Source: Takakia lepidozioides (lineage: Eukaryota > Plantae > Bryophyta). Taken from it: DNA of 64,000 nucleotides. Position numbers and translations under genes: made by a program. The notes under the pieces were generated by a model. The model saw only the letters and a list, made by a program, of their open reading frames with translations, was not told the origin of the DNA and made no database searches. The stretch spans positions 58,590,001 through 58,654,000 of the forward strand of contig CM060733.1 of NCBI GenBank assembly GCA_030704615.1, given 5' to 3'. Shown in pieces: positions 36,992-49,900 of the stretch (its first letter is position 1; every line of letters starts with the position of its first letter).

Positions 36992-37224
36992 TACTACAAC
37001 AAATAGGGGGGGTTTGCGACGCCAACCGCGCCCCCACGCCCTGCGCGGCGCTGAGCCCGCGGCGCCGACCCCGCAGCGGTTTTTTGCGACGCCCCGGTGT
37101 CGCAATCTCCCGCTGCGACACCATTACGACGCCCAACCGTCGTAAGGTGGCATGAAGGGGGAAAGAGGGCCCTCGCTGCGACGGATTTTTTTTTCTTGTG
37201 ACGCCCCGGCGTCGAAAATCCGGG

Positions 37225-37263
<39 letters not shown>

Positions 37264-37647
37264 GTGGCGACGCCTCGGCGTCGCAAAAACGTCACTAAGG
37301 GCGCCCCAGCGCCTCTGCGACGCCAGGGCGTTGCAATAACATCACCACAGTGGGAGTTTTTTTTTTTTTTTTTGGGGCTTTGCGGCCCTCAACAAAAACG
37401 TCGCTGGGGGCGTCCCGCGCTGGGACGCCCAACGTTGCGACGTCGGGGGGTCGCAACGGGGGGTCGCAACGGCGTCGCAACAGGGGGTCGCAATGGTGTT
37501 GTGGTCAGCTTAGGTCCACACAAGGACGTCGCTTGGGCCGCCTGGCGGTGGGGGGGTACAACAACGACGACGATGTTGGGGCTGGGGCTGGGCACTAAGG
37601 CTGTGGAGGTTGCAACTCCCCGACGTCACAAGAGAGATGTTGTAGTG
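36992..37647. mobile_element. CACTA-like non-autonomous element with GCGACG subterminal repeats
   Basis: Ends TACTACAAC / GTTGTAGTG (CACTACAAC with one mismatch); many GCGACG(CC) motifs in both orientations; internal A-tract 37225-37262; truncates the L1 frame. The 3-bp flanks do not match. Confidence 0.55.
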
Positions 37648-39939
37648 AGCGCACTTGGCAGACACAAGCTCAGTATGTGATCGCGAGAGATCATCTCGAC
37701 CTGAAGATGCTTTGATGGGACCTTCAATCAAAGAGAACTCCGTTCAGAATGAGGAAGGTTACCAATGACAAAAACTTTGCAATCTTGTTGCCGATTTTTC
37801 ATGAATGCCTAGCGCCTCAGACGAGGAGCGACCAGTTATGTCCCTTTGACTCATATTCCTTCGTGCACACCTTGTGTGGGTCTTTGCTCTTGGAAATCGA
37901 TCTGCCCACCGTTTTTGAGCTAGGCATGGTCTCGCCTTACAAACAATTCCTCCCTCAGGCGCATCACATTTTTCTTTACACTCACTCCTGATGCGGCGTT
38001 AGGCTATAGGCCCACACTCGATCTTTATTCAAAACCACCTACAGTGCGAACAATCAATGTAGCAGGAACTCGTACTTTGGTCGTGTACATGTGTCTCTCC
38101 ACAACAAATCTACAATCACCACGTTTGCCATCTACATGAGGGACTCCTTTCCTGTTGTATTGTTTGGTAAGTACCATGCTTAGCCAAGGTTTTACACAGA
38201 ATGACTGATGGTGGGAGGAGGAAGGGAGGAAAGAGAATCATCAAGCCGAGACAACCCATTGGAGGTCTGCAGATGGGAGGGTGGTTGTAGATTACGGTGT
38301 CATTTTTTTACGAGAGAAAGAATGTCGAAACCCATGTGGCGTGATGCGATGCATGTCTAGATGCATGTCTAGACGTGACGTCCAATAAAGCTGTTTTTTT
38401 TTCTTGTTGACGTGTGTCCTTTCATCCCCAAAAAAAAGAACAAGTGACATTCTCATTCTGTCTTATAAACCACTACCACCCTTTTTATTTTTGTCCTCCT
38501 CTGTAGTCACATTTTTGCCCTCTTCCACAGCCACCTTTTTCATGTTACAAACTTTATCACCCAAACCACCTTACAAAGAAAAAGTAATGAGATAGTGGGA
38601 TTTGGACACCAAGTCCCTAGAATATCAATGGAGTTCTCTATTGCTCAGCCAACAATAAACATTGTGAATGTTCCCTACAAAGTCTATCTTTACAAAGTAT
38701 GGTTACTTTTATGTACACAAGAAAATGGGCAGCATAGCCGGCTCCACACCTTCCCACCCACTCGGAATGGGGCGATATCCTACAGGTGGTCAGTAGGATT
38801 TGGCTCTTCGGTTACAAAATGTCTCCCTTCAATATGGCGACAAATGCCTCCTTCTTCCGGCCCCCCTTACGAATGGTGGACCGACTAAATCATCTTTTGG
38901 CGAAATCCTTGAATTTTTCAAGCTCTTTTTCCTTAGCATCTGTCTCCAGGACACACGCGAGGTCGAAATTTGGCGATTATTCGCCACTAAAAGAATGGCT
39001 GCCTATTGCAACTTACAATCGCGCGGTTTGTTTTGATTGCGCCGTCGGCAAAAACTCTACAAATAACAATAATATCTTAAAAGACAAAGTTGAGGTCTAG
39101 CAATATTTTTTTTTATTTTTTTTAAATAAATATTTTATGTGTGTGAATAAAGGGGAACGAAGCCCAAGATACATTGCAATAGGTGGAAAGACTCAGCTTC
39201 AACTTTAAAAAAAGAAAACAAACAAATGTCGCCCCGACCAACCTTTCCTTGGAGCCACATTTAGTTTAAAATGAAAAATGAAGTGGGGATCTAGCAATGG
39301 CCATACCCACCTTGGGTTAAACAAGAGTCTTTTTGTTTGTATATATTTTAGTGAATGTACTTGAGGTATCTTATCCCTCTAGCACATGGATGAGTCAGGC
39401 AATGGTGGGACCCTCCTTTCAAAGCAATGTTTAGTTTTTGAAGGGTACCTCAGACTTTCATTTTCAAGGGCTGTAATTTTGACAGCCATTTTTTGTTTTG
39501 GCGGCCATTCGGAGAGCATGCATGTAACATAAAACCTTTTTTTTGTACAATACACATGAAATGGAAGTCTTTTTCACATTCCACAAGTCCACATATGATA
39601 AAGATTATGAAGAAGGTTCACCTAGTTTCGTTTGCCTTTGGGTTGGCACAAGCGTATGTGTTTTACATTACACGAGTTATGTACATTACGTATAAGTCTA
39701 AAAACGTTTTTCCCCCCCCCCCCCCCCTAGAAAGGGTTAGTGGCCCTTGAAAAACGTTTTGTGCATTGTGTACGTTACATACATACTACACAATTTAAAA
39801 TATATTGAACTAGGTACTTTTTGGTACATTAAACTCGATCTTTGAGCCCTTTATATGTTATCTTTGGTACATTGACCCTCAGTTGACCTTCATGAATTTG
39901 CGAGAAGTTAAAGACCCAAACATGTTAGGCAACGGATTT

Positions 39940-41400
39940 TTATTTTATTTTTATTTGGTTTATTATTATTTTTTTACAGAAAGGGGACAGCAGCCCTTGA
40001 ACTCATATTAATGAAAAAACGGCCAAGGCCAGGATACAAGGAGGAAAAAATAACCTCCGATGAGTGCCATGAGGCTGAAGTCGGAAGGCACTGCTTCAGA
40101 ACCTAAGACAAGGGAGATAAGAGCACAGAAACTGCCACATCCATAGCGCCAGGGATCTTGGACGATCTACTCAGCAATGATGCTATCAAAGGAAAGCTGC
40201 ACCTTAGATCTAGTTTTAGATCTAGCCTTCCTCAATGTTTCCAACACATTAGACTCATCCCCCTCTAGGGAAGAGAGCTTGGCACTATACACGCTGCCAA
40301 CTTGACGGGACCTCTTCGTTTCATTGCACCTTAGAGTCGGACTCTCTGGTACAGATGCGGCCACCTTTTCCCTAGGAGCAATCAAATTCAGCGAGGAGTT
40401 GCTTCCTTCTCCTTTGCCCACATCTCCCAAGAGCTTTCCCAAGGACCAACCATGCCTTTCGAGCCTCAGACATTATGTCTGAATGAGTCCTAAGCAAAAT
40501 TGACCTCACACAGCAAGATTTACCAGATAAGATCAGAGCACAACGAGCTTTCCAAACATTCCATAAGGTGTGTGCTCTAAGGGTTGCCCAAACAACACAA
40601 GAAGACCACATGGAGCCGTTTTTGAAATTCAAAAGCACCATAGAGGTGATATCTGGGGGAATAGGTTTCCAGTAGGAATACAAGTCTATAGCCCAGATAA
40701 CACTTGCCAAGGGGCAGAAAAGGAGACAGTGCTCCAATGTCTCAGGGACCTGCAAAGAACACATTGGACAAGCAGGCTGGGGACCTGACAAGCAAGACAG
40801 AACAGACAAAATGCGATTGACAAGCTTCCACAGAAAACCAGAGACCCTAGCCGCTCTGTCTTTTTGCCAAACATCCTTCCAAACACACTTCCGATTGGCA
40901 GGGCAGTCCGCTAAATCGGACCACTTGAGAGACCATTTGTGGTCCATAGAATTCACCGAATTGAGCAAGGCATAACCCATCCTAACCTTATAAGCGAAGA
41001 AGGGTGAATGTTTCTTATCCCTCCAGAACCATTCCCCGGGGTCAAATTGGAGCAAATAAAAACCAGAAAAGGTAAGGGTTTGCGTGTCCCCCATTATCCA
41101 CTCTTGGACTAATGGTGCCTGTGACCAAGCAAATATAACGGATTGCGAAGAGAGAGTCTTCTTGCCAGGATGCCCGAGATGGAGTATGCAAAGAACCCCA
41201 GGGAGATGTACATAAATTCCAACCATGGAGGAATGAATTCTTGCGATTCTGAGCGAAAAACGACAAACTTTTGACCATTGGATTCAACACCGAGCTAGAC
41301 AGGGCAGGCTCGGTTTGCAGGAAGTGAGATAAGTGAAACCAGGAGGGCGGGAGATCTTGGGTTATGGAACCCCACCCAACAATGGTCCTTTGAGCTGAAG
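39940..41400 (-). mobile_element. L1-clade LINE 3' end (zf-RVT region, 3' UTR, A-rich tail)
   Basis: ORF 40372-41226 has WKDVW..RVSGFLWKLV, CPMC...ETLEHCLLFCP and LWNVWKARC. A-rich tail on - at ~39940-39975. Confidence 0.85.
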
Positions 41401-41519
41401 CCTGGGGGGGTCATTCCCCGTATTTTCAAAACCACGTGAGAACAATTATAGTGTGTAGTTTATTTTTTTGAGGTAAAACTTAGAATTTTTTTACTTAGAA
41501 AATATTGTAGGCAATATCC

Positions 41520-41940
41520 TTTCACCCAATTTTCTTAAAAAGAGGTTCACAAAAATCCAGAATTTTACTTAAAAAGTTAATGTAATAAATGGTTTTATTT
41601 GCACACCAAGCCCTCCAAATTGACTGCCATGCAAGACAGGGAGGCGGTTGGAGGAGTCCCCTTGAACCAACCATCGCAGGGAGGGGGACCAGAATCTTGA
41701 AGTAGAAGGGCAAGCATTACAAATGTGATGGTGAACTATCAAGCTCCAAGGGGAAGAGACTTGTTTGAAAATTTTGGGAACCCATTTAGCCAACAAAGCA
41801 CAAATTTGAGTATCATATTTCTTCTTTTGAGTGATTTGTTTCCAGCTCACCAGGGCCCTACGGTTTTGGGTAACAGAATATGCTCCCAAATGAAGTTTCT
41901 AACCAAGGATTTGATTTTTTTAATGGTGCTTGCCCCCGGA
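41520..41940 (-). mobile_element. L1-clade LINE remnant related to 36600-36991
   Basis: RRALVSWKQITQKKK, ALLAKWV and SPWSL parallel the fragment at 36600-36991. Confidence 0.65.
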
Positions 41941-41974
41941 TTCTAAAATAAAAATAAAATTTAATTTTTTAATT

Positions 41975-42199
41975 AAAAAAAAAAAGGGAAACACCTGGGA
42001 GCGACAGCTCACAAATCAGGCCCCATGATAGAGAGAGGAGAAAATAACCTCTCAGTAACCTTGCCGTAAGGCTTTCAGATGCGACACCGCGCATGGAAGG
42101 GGGAGAAGAGCGCACCACACCCGTCAAGTAGCAGGGTTGACCCCAGGGTCATCCGGATGGCACTCAGTGCACTTTACCAACTGAGCTACTGACTGTTGG
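41975..42199 (-). mobile_element. tRNA-derived SINE-like element
   Basis: On -, A-box TAGCTCAGTTGGTA and degenerate B-box GGGGTCAACCC at tRNA-like spacing; ends in a T-run; no acceptor stem. Confidence 0.6.
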
Positions 42200-42669
42200 T
42201 TCCAAATTGAGGATCAAAACCAATGCGGATTTTTCTACTGCGTTTTGCAAGAAATAGCCATATATTCTGTTCATCCATGGAAATTTGGATATAGTCGTCC
42301 TCCTATGTACTTTCATCCATTGATATCATAATTTGTTCTCTATTTGGAGAAGTTTGGCGATTTCATCCATGTAAAACAGGGAATTTATGACAGAATATTC
42401 TATATTATTTCTTGAGGTCGAAATTTGGCGATTATTCGCCACTAAGAGAATGGCTGATGCCAGGAGGTCTTGAAACGAGTGTTTGCTGGCCTCACGCCTC
42501 ACAAAGTTCTCACTGTCCGGGCCTTACACCAACCCATACACATTTATAACTCCATATCTGTTGGATGCACTTGGGATGGGGGAAAACTAACTACATGATA
42601 ACCACTAACACATTTCGTCAGTGGTAAGCATTTAAAAAATTTAGACAGTAAGACTTCAGATATTATAAC

Positions 42670-42957
42670 CTCCGGCATGTCAAATCTTCCCAAGACTGAC
42701 ATGGAACTGAAGGCAGTATAGCTCCAGTCGAGGTGGCATTGGGTTTGGGAGGGAGTGTAACCTCCATTGGGGGTTACATCAGATTACACGGCAGGGAGTG
42801 TAACTTCACTTGGGGTTACACTGGGTTACACGAAAGGAGTGTAACTCCACTTGGCGTTACGCCAGGTTACATGGAAGGGAGTGTAACTCTACTGAGTGCA
42901 CTCACGCTTGGTCTTGAAATTTGACAAGTCCAAATTTGGCTAAGTACAAAATGGACT
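42670..42957. repeat. Dispersed repeat with ~40-bp subunits, inverted relative of 2855-3062
   Basis: GGAGTGTAAC recurs about every 41-43 bp; the flanks are reverse complements of those at 2855-3062. Confidence 0.65.
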
Positions 42958-43979
42958 GAGAAGAGTTACACAAGACACAAGGTGACACCACCCAGAGTTA
43001 CACTAGCTGGAGTTACATAGATCTGGGGTTACATTAGCTGGGGTTACAATAGCCGCCCATGAAAAATCAAACCCATCACCTATACTGCCATCACCTTACC
43101 AATATGCGTGCTGCCTAACAACCTTTTGCATATTAAAGCACTAGGGCTATCCTTTCCTCCGCACTACTAGTGACGACTTCTGAGAACAATACTCAAATTT
43201 TACAAAAAATTCAACGTTTGTTTCATTTGATTTTTATTTTCAAAAATTTATTTTGAGGGGGACCGTAATGGATGGAAAATCCCTCCAGTCAGATGTTGAG
43301 GCCCTTTCCATGGGCACATAGGGCCTGCCCTAAATGGGGGCACCTGTTGCCAAAACATGCATACACCCCATGAAGTAGACTACAACAGGGGCTCTGTACC
43401 TTTGACCCGACAGAGGTAGCAAATTTAGTTTGGAAAAAATAAGAAGTGCTGCTAATTCAACATCAAAGTAATGTCCAAGGGCCGGAGCTGTAAATTACAG
43501 AAGATCATGTAGCTTACTTACATTTAGCTCATGCACGACTGAGTGGTAATCTAGCCTACAAATGCGTCCCAATTTCAGCAAATAAATGGTTTGAGAATCC
43601 TTTACATAGCCACAACTTGCTCCCAACCTTTTCCTGTATCTAAATCCGTTGCTGTCAATACTTCTCCTGTCATGTGTGAAAAGCCTTTCTATGAAGTGAC
43701 AAACTGCCAAAAAGTTGGGCTCATGGAAAGAGTGCCGACTAGCAATGCATGAAAGCATAATTCCCCCCACACTATGGTATGTACTCTTCACATTCTACAA
43801 ACAATTACACTTTTATTACCCTTCGATACTCCTCCCACACCTTCAGGCCTTCAGATATGAACTTGATGCCTTCCACTTGGTTGCCAAATCAAACCTCTCA
43901 GGTAAGGAGGATTGAGTTGGTTTCAAGGGTTTCAAGCTCTGATAGCAAAGCTCTTGTCATGCACAAGCTTGTGGTCTGC

Positions 43980-46900
43980 TCAACGCCTCACGAAATTGAA
44001 ATTCTTGATGGAATAGGCAAAAACAAAGGCAAAGAGAGATGGGAAAATGATAAGCATTGCGGCTACCACTCCAAGGAAGCTGTGGTGGAAGCCAAAGTGA
44101 TCAGCTATGTAGTCCTTGACCAATATATTACTGGCAAAATTATTCTTAACGAAGGTCTTGTCTACATCCCCAAACTGGGATGCAATGAGGCCGTAGAGGG
44201 TCCAATGGACGGGACATGCCCAGGTATACCACCTCCACCATATTGGAATTCTCTGCATAGGCCACCCAGCCAGCCCAACTCAGCACAGGATAGAGGGAGA
44301 CAGGAAAGGAAGGAAAGGAAGGAACTTAATGATGTCCTCACGAAGCTCCAAGAGCTTATGGGACAAAAGAAGCGAGGTACAAGAAGGAAGGTAAGGGGCA
44401 ACTGAAGAGAAAGAAACTGGAGAAATAGAAGTAACAGAGAAATGGAATGAAATGAAATGGTACTTATATTGTCCGCGGGAAGCTCAAAGAGCTTATGGGA
44501 CAAAGGAAAGCATGAAACAAGAAAGAGAGTGGGGCCCTCCAAAAGCAGCCTGAAAACTTTTGTCTAAGAGTGGACACCTCATGCAGATAGGCTGCAAAGT
44601 GTTTCTGATCCTCGTGATGGGACACCTCTGTGAGAGATTGGCTATCTTAGAACAGACATTAGTATCTTCCACACATCTCCTAGTAGAAAGGACAGTGAAA
44701 TGAAATGAAATCGTACTTTATAACGTCCGCGGAAAGCTCAAAGAGCTTTGGGACAAAATGGAGAAAACATGAGAGAGGAGACAAAACCAGAGCCCAAAAA
44801 AAAAGAAAAAAAGAGCCCAAAAGCAACTACTGCTCAAGGGATTGTCTAAGGGTCAAGGCCTTGTGCAGGTAAGCTGCCAAGCATTTCTGATCCTCATAGT
44901 GGAAGACTTGAGTGAGAGATTGAGTCCAGCGGAATAGACAGTGGAATCTCCCACGGATCTCATAATATAGAGGGCAGTGTTCTTCAGTTTTTCCTGGTTG
45001 TGCCCGGTGCAAGCTGGGCATAGGCGGTCCTCCCGTTGCAGGTTTTCCCATCTGCCAGTTCCATAGATTGTGGGAGCCCACCCTGAACCCCAATGCCCTC
45101 AGGAGGGAAGGAGATAAAGGTGCTGAAAGGTAATTGGGCCGCAAGATTCTATCATCACGGAGAACCAAGAATGTATCTCGATAGAAATGGAGGTTTATTG
45201 TGAGGTGGGGCAGCTTCCAAATTCTCCTCACATGTAGTTCCATAAGTTCCCTTCTAAAGAAAGACAAAACTTTCTAATGTTCACAGTGGACCATGAGGAT
45301 TGTACTCCTAAGACATTTGCCGCAGCCTTGTGGCCATAGACACACTACCTCTGTGAGGGTCTCACTCCAGTCGTGAGACTTAAGAGGGCCATGAGGGACA
45401 GAGAGAAATGAAATGGTACTTTATAAGAGCGAAAGAAAGGAACTTTAGAACATCCACAGGGACAAGGGGAAAGAGAAAGCAGGACAAGAAAAGTAGGCCC
45501 CCCAACAATAAGTTTAATAGGAATGAAAGCAAGAGAGATGAAGCCAAAGCCTCGTAGCCACAGAACCTGCACACCCAGATTGGAGAGCAACTGGAATCTG
45601 TCACCGAAGTACTGTACAGAGATGTACAAGGCTGAACAAAATCGAGTGACTTACCGGCCTGGGGATTATAAATCCGGAGAAGAGATTCCAAATAGAGTAG
45701 AATCCGGAAGCCGTGATAGCTGCAATTTGGTGGTTTGGGGTGAGGGCGACCGCCATCATCCCATAATATGTGAAGTAGAGAAAAGTGGTGAACATGATGA
45801 ACACATACCACATAAACTTAGCACCTGTCCATTGAAAGTTTATCATGGAGTACGTGATGAACGCATAAAGGATAGTCTGGACGAATACATAGGGCATCTC
45901 AATCAGAACCTGTGAGACAAACTGCAGAAGTCAGAAGATGAATAAGAGTAATTAAGAAATTATCAAACCCCAAATGTCACTTGGCCTAATGCAGGTAAAC
46001 TGCTAAAACCACTTTGGGTCCTACTAGCCGAGAGAGAAGTGAGTGGAAATGGAGAGGGTGGGTGTTCGTGTTGGGGGGGGTCCTCTGCTGTCATTCTTTC
46101 CAAGTCCTAGGGAAATCATCATGAGAAAATAAAGCCAGCTTAACACAGTTTCTCCTTATTGCAATTTGGTAGGAAAATCATGGATTCAAACTGATAGGAG
46201 GTACCTGAGACATGGCATAAGGTAGGGCTGAATACATTCTAGCGGCCCTCTCCCGGTAAAACACAGTACGCTCTATTGAAATCAGAGGTTGCACTGCACC
46301 ACAGTTGTTGGTCCCAAGGAACAAAGTTGCCCCATACATGGCTCCCATGACACTGAACAATTTTGCCTGATCAGTTCTGCACCCCACAGACACACGAATC
46401 TGAGGTGAGGTCAAATTGACTTCCTTCTTGGCAAGCAGTGGATCCATCCTGCACAAACATATTTATTAAACTGTGTTTAAACTAAACCTGGAATGATTAG
46501 AACAGTTATTACCATTGTTCCCCAATTACCCTAACATGACAAGGACCACAACCTTGAGATGAAGCCAATTGCAGGCAAGGAACCCACACAGTCTGCTTGA
46601 CCAGGCAAAGAGGAAAAGGCAATAGCATAACCACCTACCCTTTCTGGCCAAAGTCCCAGAAAATTGTGCCAAACAAGATAGCAGCTCCGATGGTGAAGAT
46701 ATATCGAACCCCATTATAGTCGGGGTTGCGAAAATACGTCTTACTCATTTTCCAAGTGCATGACTTCAACTGTTGAAATGCAGGCTGTGCATACTGCGTG
46801 GGAAAATATAGGTCTTTGGATCCTGGAAGTGGGCTGCTAAGCTCCTTCACAAGTGCCCTATTTTGTCTGCACCACAAAGAAGTATCAGTTAGCATCAGGT

Positions 46901-49900
46901 TAGAAAGAGATCATTCATTAGACTGCTGCCTATAGCCTTGTTGCCCTACACCCTATATGCAGTTGGATGGAGCACGACAAGGCGGCAGAGACTAAGGAAA
47001 TGAAAGGAAATGAAATGGTACTTTATAACGTCCGCAGAAAGCTCAAAGAGCTTATGGGACAAAATGGAAAAAAAACAAGAGAGAGGACACAAAACTAAAG
47101 TAAAAAAGCAGCCCAAAAGCAACATTGGGTCCTCAGCTGCTTCTGCAAAGGACGAGACTTCAGCTTTGCTGTATGAAGTTAGGTCTTGGTTGCAGCAGAA
47201 AAGGGTTTTCATAAATGTATGTTTTGCCACTACCCAGGATGCCAACAGCTTGCAGCTACATATCCATGGAGAAACGCTTGGTATGGAACTGGCAAAGCTC
47301 TCTCACACTTTATTTGAACCATTGAGCTTAAATCTGGCTAGTCTCAACATATGATAAAAAGGAAGTGTAGAAAGAGGGAAAGAACGTCCGTACTCGTAAA
47401 GAGAAGAGTTTTTGTACACATCTGCAAAATCTACGCCAAGCTGTTGCTCCACTGCAACAGAACTCACTTCAAGCATCCACGTGGCAGGGTTGTATCCATC
47501 CTTGATTTTTGGTATTCCAGGAACAGCCTGCACAACTCATCAGACATCCACATCAGCTTGTCTTGCAATTTATGTAGAGATATTTACTCCAACCATGGAG
47601 AGTACATCATAGACTGAGCAGTTCACTCATCTTAACTGTCTGTGGGCATGTCTCTAACTGTCAAAATATGCAACTGATCTGTTGTAGTCATGCATCGAAT
47701 GCAGTCTTTATGTGATGATCGAAGTTCCTCGACGTTTTGCCCTGGAATTATATTTCACTGTTCAATGCAACAGAGTAACTCCTACCACCTGTAGGAGCCT
47801 CTTGGAAGCCAGCATGGAAATTCTCTTTTTCTTCACCTCATGAAGTACTTCAGAGTCTCCTGAGTTCCAACTAGTGGCAACTGGAGGTAATTACATTCTG
47901 TAGATTACCACTATGACAAAGCATGTAGGTTTATGGCACAATTCATTGGAGTCATCTTACGAAGTGTAGAACAAGATTACCTACTCAATTTTTCATTTCT
48001 ATACAAGCAAATGATCACTGATAGTGCCATGAGCGTTTGGGGCGTTTTTGGAATCACTTTGATAGTATGTTGAAGACCTTATTGGAGGAAACTGGAGCAA
48101 GCCTCAATCAAAGAGAGTGACCGCATTGTGCTCTCCAACCCCTGTTTTTCAGTTCCCCTCAAACTGGAAGTGGGATCTATAGACAAAAGGTTACAAAGCT
48201 CACTGTATCTTAGTCTCTCATTGTGATCGATTTTTGGTAGTCCCATGGATCCTTCTACTTCAAGGGGAGAAAATAAAATTCACCTTCTTTTCCCCTCTAT
48301 ATCCTCAACAGAACAATTGGCAGTGCAACTACAGCCATGTGTCATATTGGCTACAAAGCTGGAGAATCAGTGCTGGAATCAATGCCATGCTTTCTAGTTT
48401 GCTATAAAGGCCACCTGATTATGAAACAGACTCTTACTTCCTGGTAACCGAACTTCTGTGCATGGGCTCTATGGTGTTCTCCATCTCAACTACTGTGGTT
48501 GGTTGAAACCAGCTCAGGGAGGCTTAGTATCCTGCAAGGACTTCTCCTCTAGGGTATGTTGTGGCCTGTTCTTGGGAGCAGTCAATGTGTACATTCGTAA
48601 ATTCTCTCTCTCCTTGTGTATCTCTATCTTGGTCTCCCCATGTTAAAGATCTCACCTCAAAGTACTCAACAAGTGTATGAGAATTGAACCCCAAGGGACC
48701 CATGTAGATAACTTGACCTCCACGCTTAAGCAACAACATCTGCCACGTCGTCAGCACTACACATATCAGATACAAACATGTATAAGGGTAAGTGCACTTC
48801 ATAGTTGTTCTACAGGGACTCTTCACCTAAATCTCACAGAGAGGGTCATGACAGCAGTGCCAAAGTCAACATTTATGACTCTGGCGTGGTTTGAATTGAA
48901 GCCCTTGGCCAGCATGACCCAGTGATTCAAATGTCATTTGTGTACAAGAACTAAGGCAGCCTCGGACTGAGTTTCATACCCTGGTCAGTCAAACATCCTC
49001 GCAAATGAGCACAACGACCACCGCGTTCCACACTTCAACATCCATGTTTCATATTGTTAAAGACATGGGGATTGTTCTGCATACATTGGTCAGCTTAGAC
49101 CGTAAATCACCCAAGAACTCCCATGAGCTACGGCTGCAGCTGGTTTCTGCCTGCTCATTGAGTAAAGGTTGCACAAATTAAAAAAGGAGCACGATTCCGA
49201 ATCCATACAGTCACAGAATCTGCCTACTTCATCAGCCCACGGGACACAAGAAGAACAACCCCGAACACCAGGAACTATCTAAGCTTGAGCATTGCACGAA
49301 GGCAGAGCGCCTCATGCAGACAAGTCATTAAGCACCTTGGCAGAGACAAGAAAAGCAAAGAAGAGAAACGGTACTTCATAACGTCCGCGGAAAGCTCACA
49401 GAACTTATGGGACAAAATGGAAAAAACAAGAGAGAGGAAAAAAAACCAGAGAAAAGAAAGAAACGAAATTAAAAGGTGCTTTATAACGTCCGCGGAAAAC
49501 ATAATATAACGTCGGCGGAAAGAATGAAATGAAACTTTATAACGTCCGCGGAAAGCTCAAAGAGCTTATGGGACAAGAGAAAGCATGAAACAAGAAAGAG
49601 AGAGAGGGCCCCCACAAGCAGCCCAAAGACAACTATTGCTCAAGGGATCGCCTAAGAGTCAACACCTCATACAGGTATGCTGCTAAAAATTTCTTTATAA
49701 TGCCCATAGGAAGGTCAAAGAGCTTATGGGACAAAAGAAAGTAGGACACAAAAAGAAGAGAGGAACTCTGTAATGTCCAAGGAGAGCCCATGGGACAAGG
49801 CAAAACAACCAAGAACTACGTAGTTCACCTGAAGACAAAGTGCCTCAAGCAGGTAGGCTGCCTGACACTTCTGATCTTAAGAAAATCCAAAGAGAAAAAC

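Noticed and set aside
36939-37680. Lys/Phe/Arg-rich ORFs
   Set aside because: Artefacts of poly-A/T runs and GC-rich repeats.
42120-42199. Functional tRNA gene
   Set aside because: A-box is good but the B-box is degenerate, and there is no acceptor or anticodon stem; better read as a SINE head.
44715-44755. Histone mRNA 3' stem-loop
   Set aside because: AAGCTC-TTT-GAGCTT only superficially resembles it and is attached to LINE ORF ends and (ATTTC)n tails.
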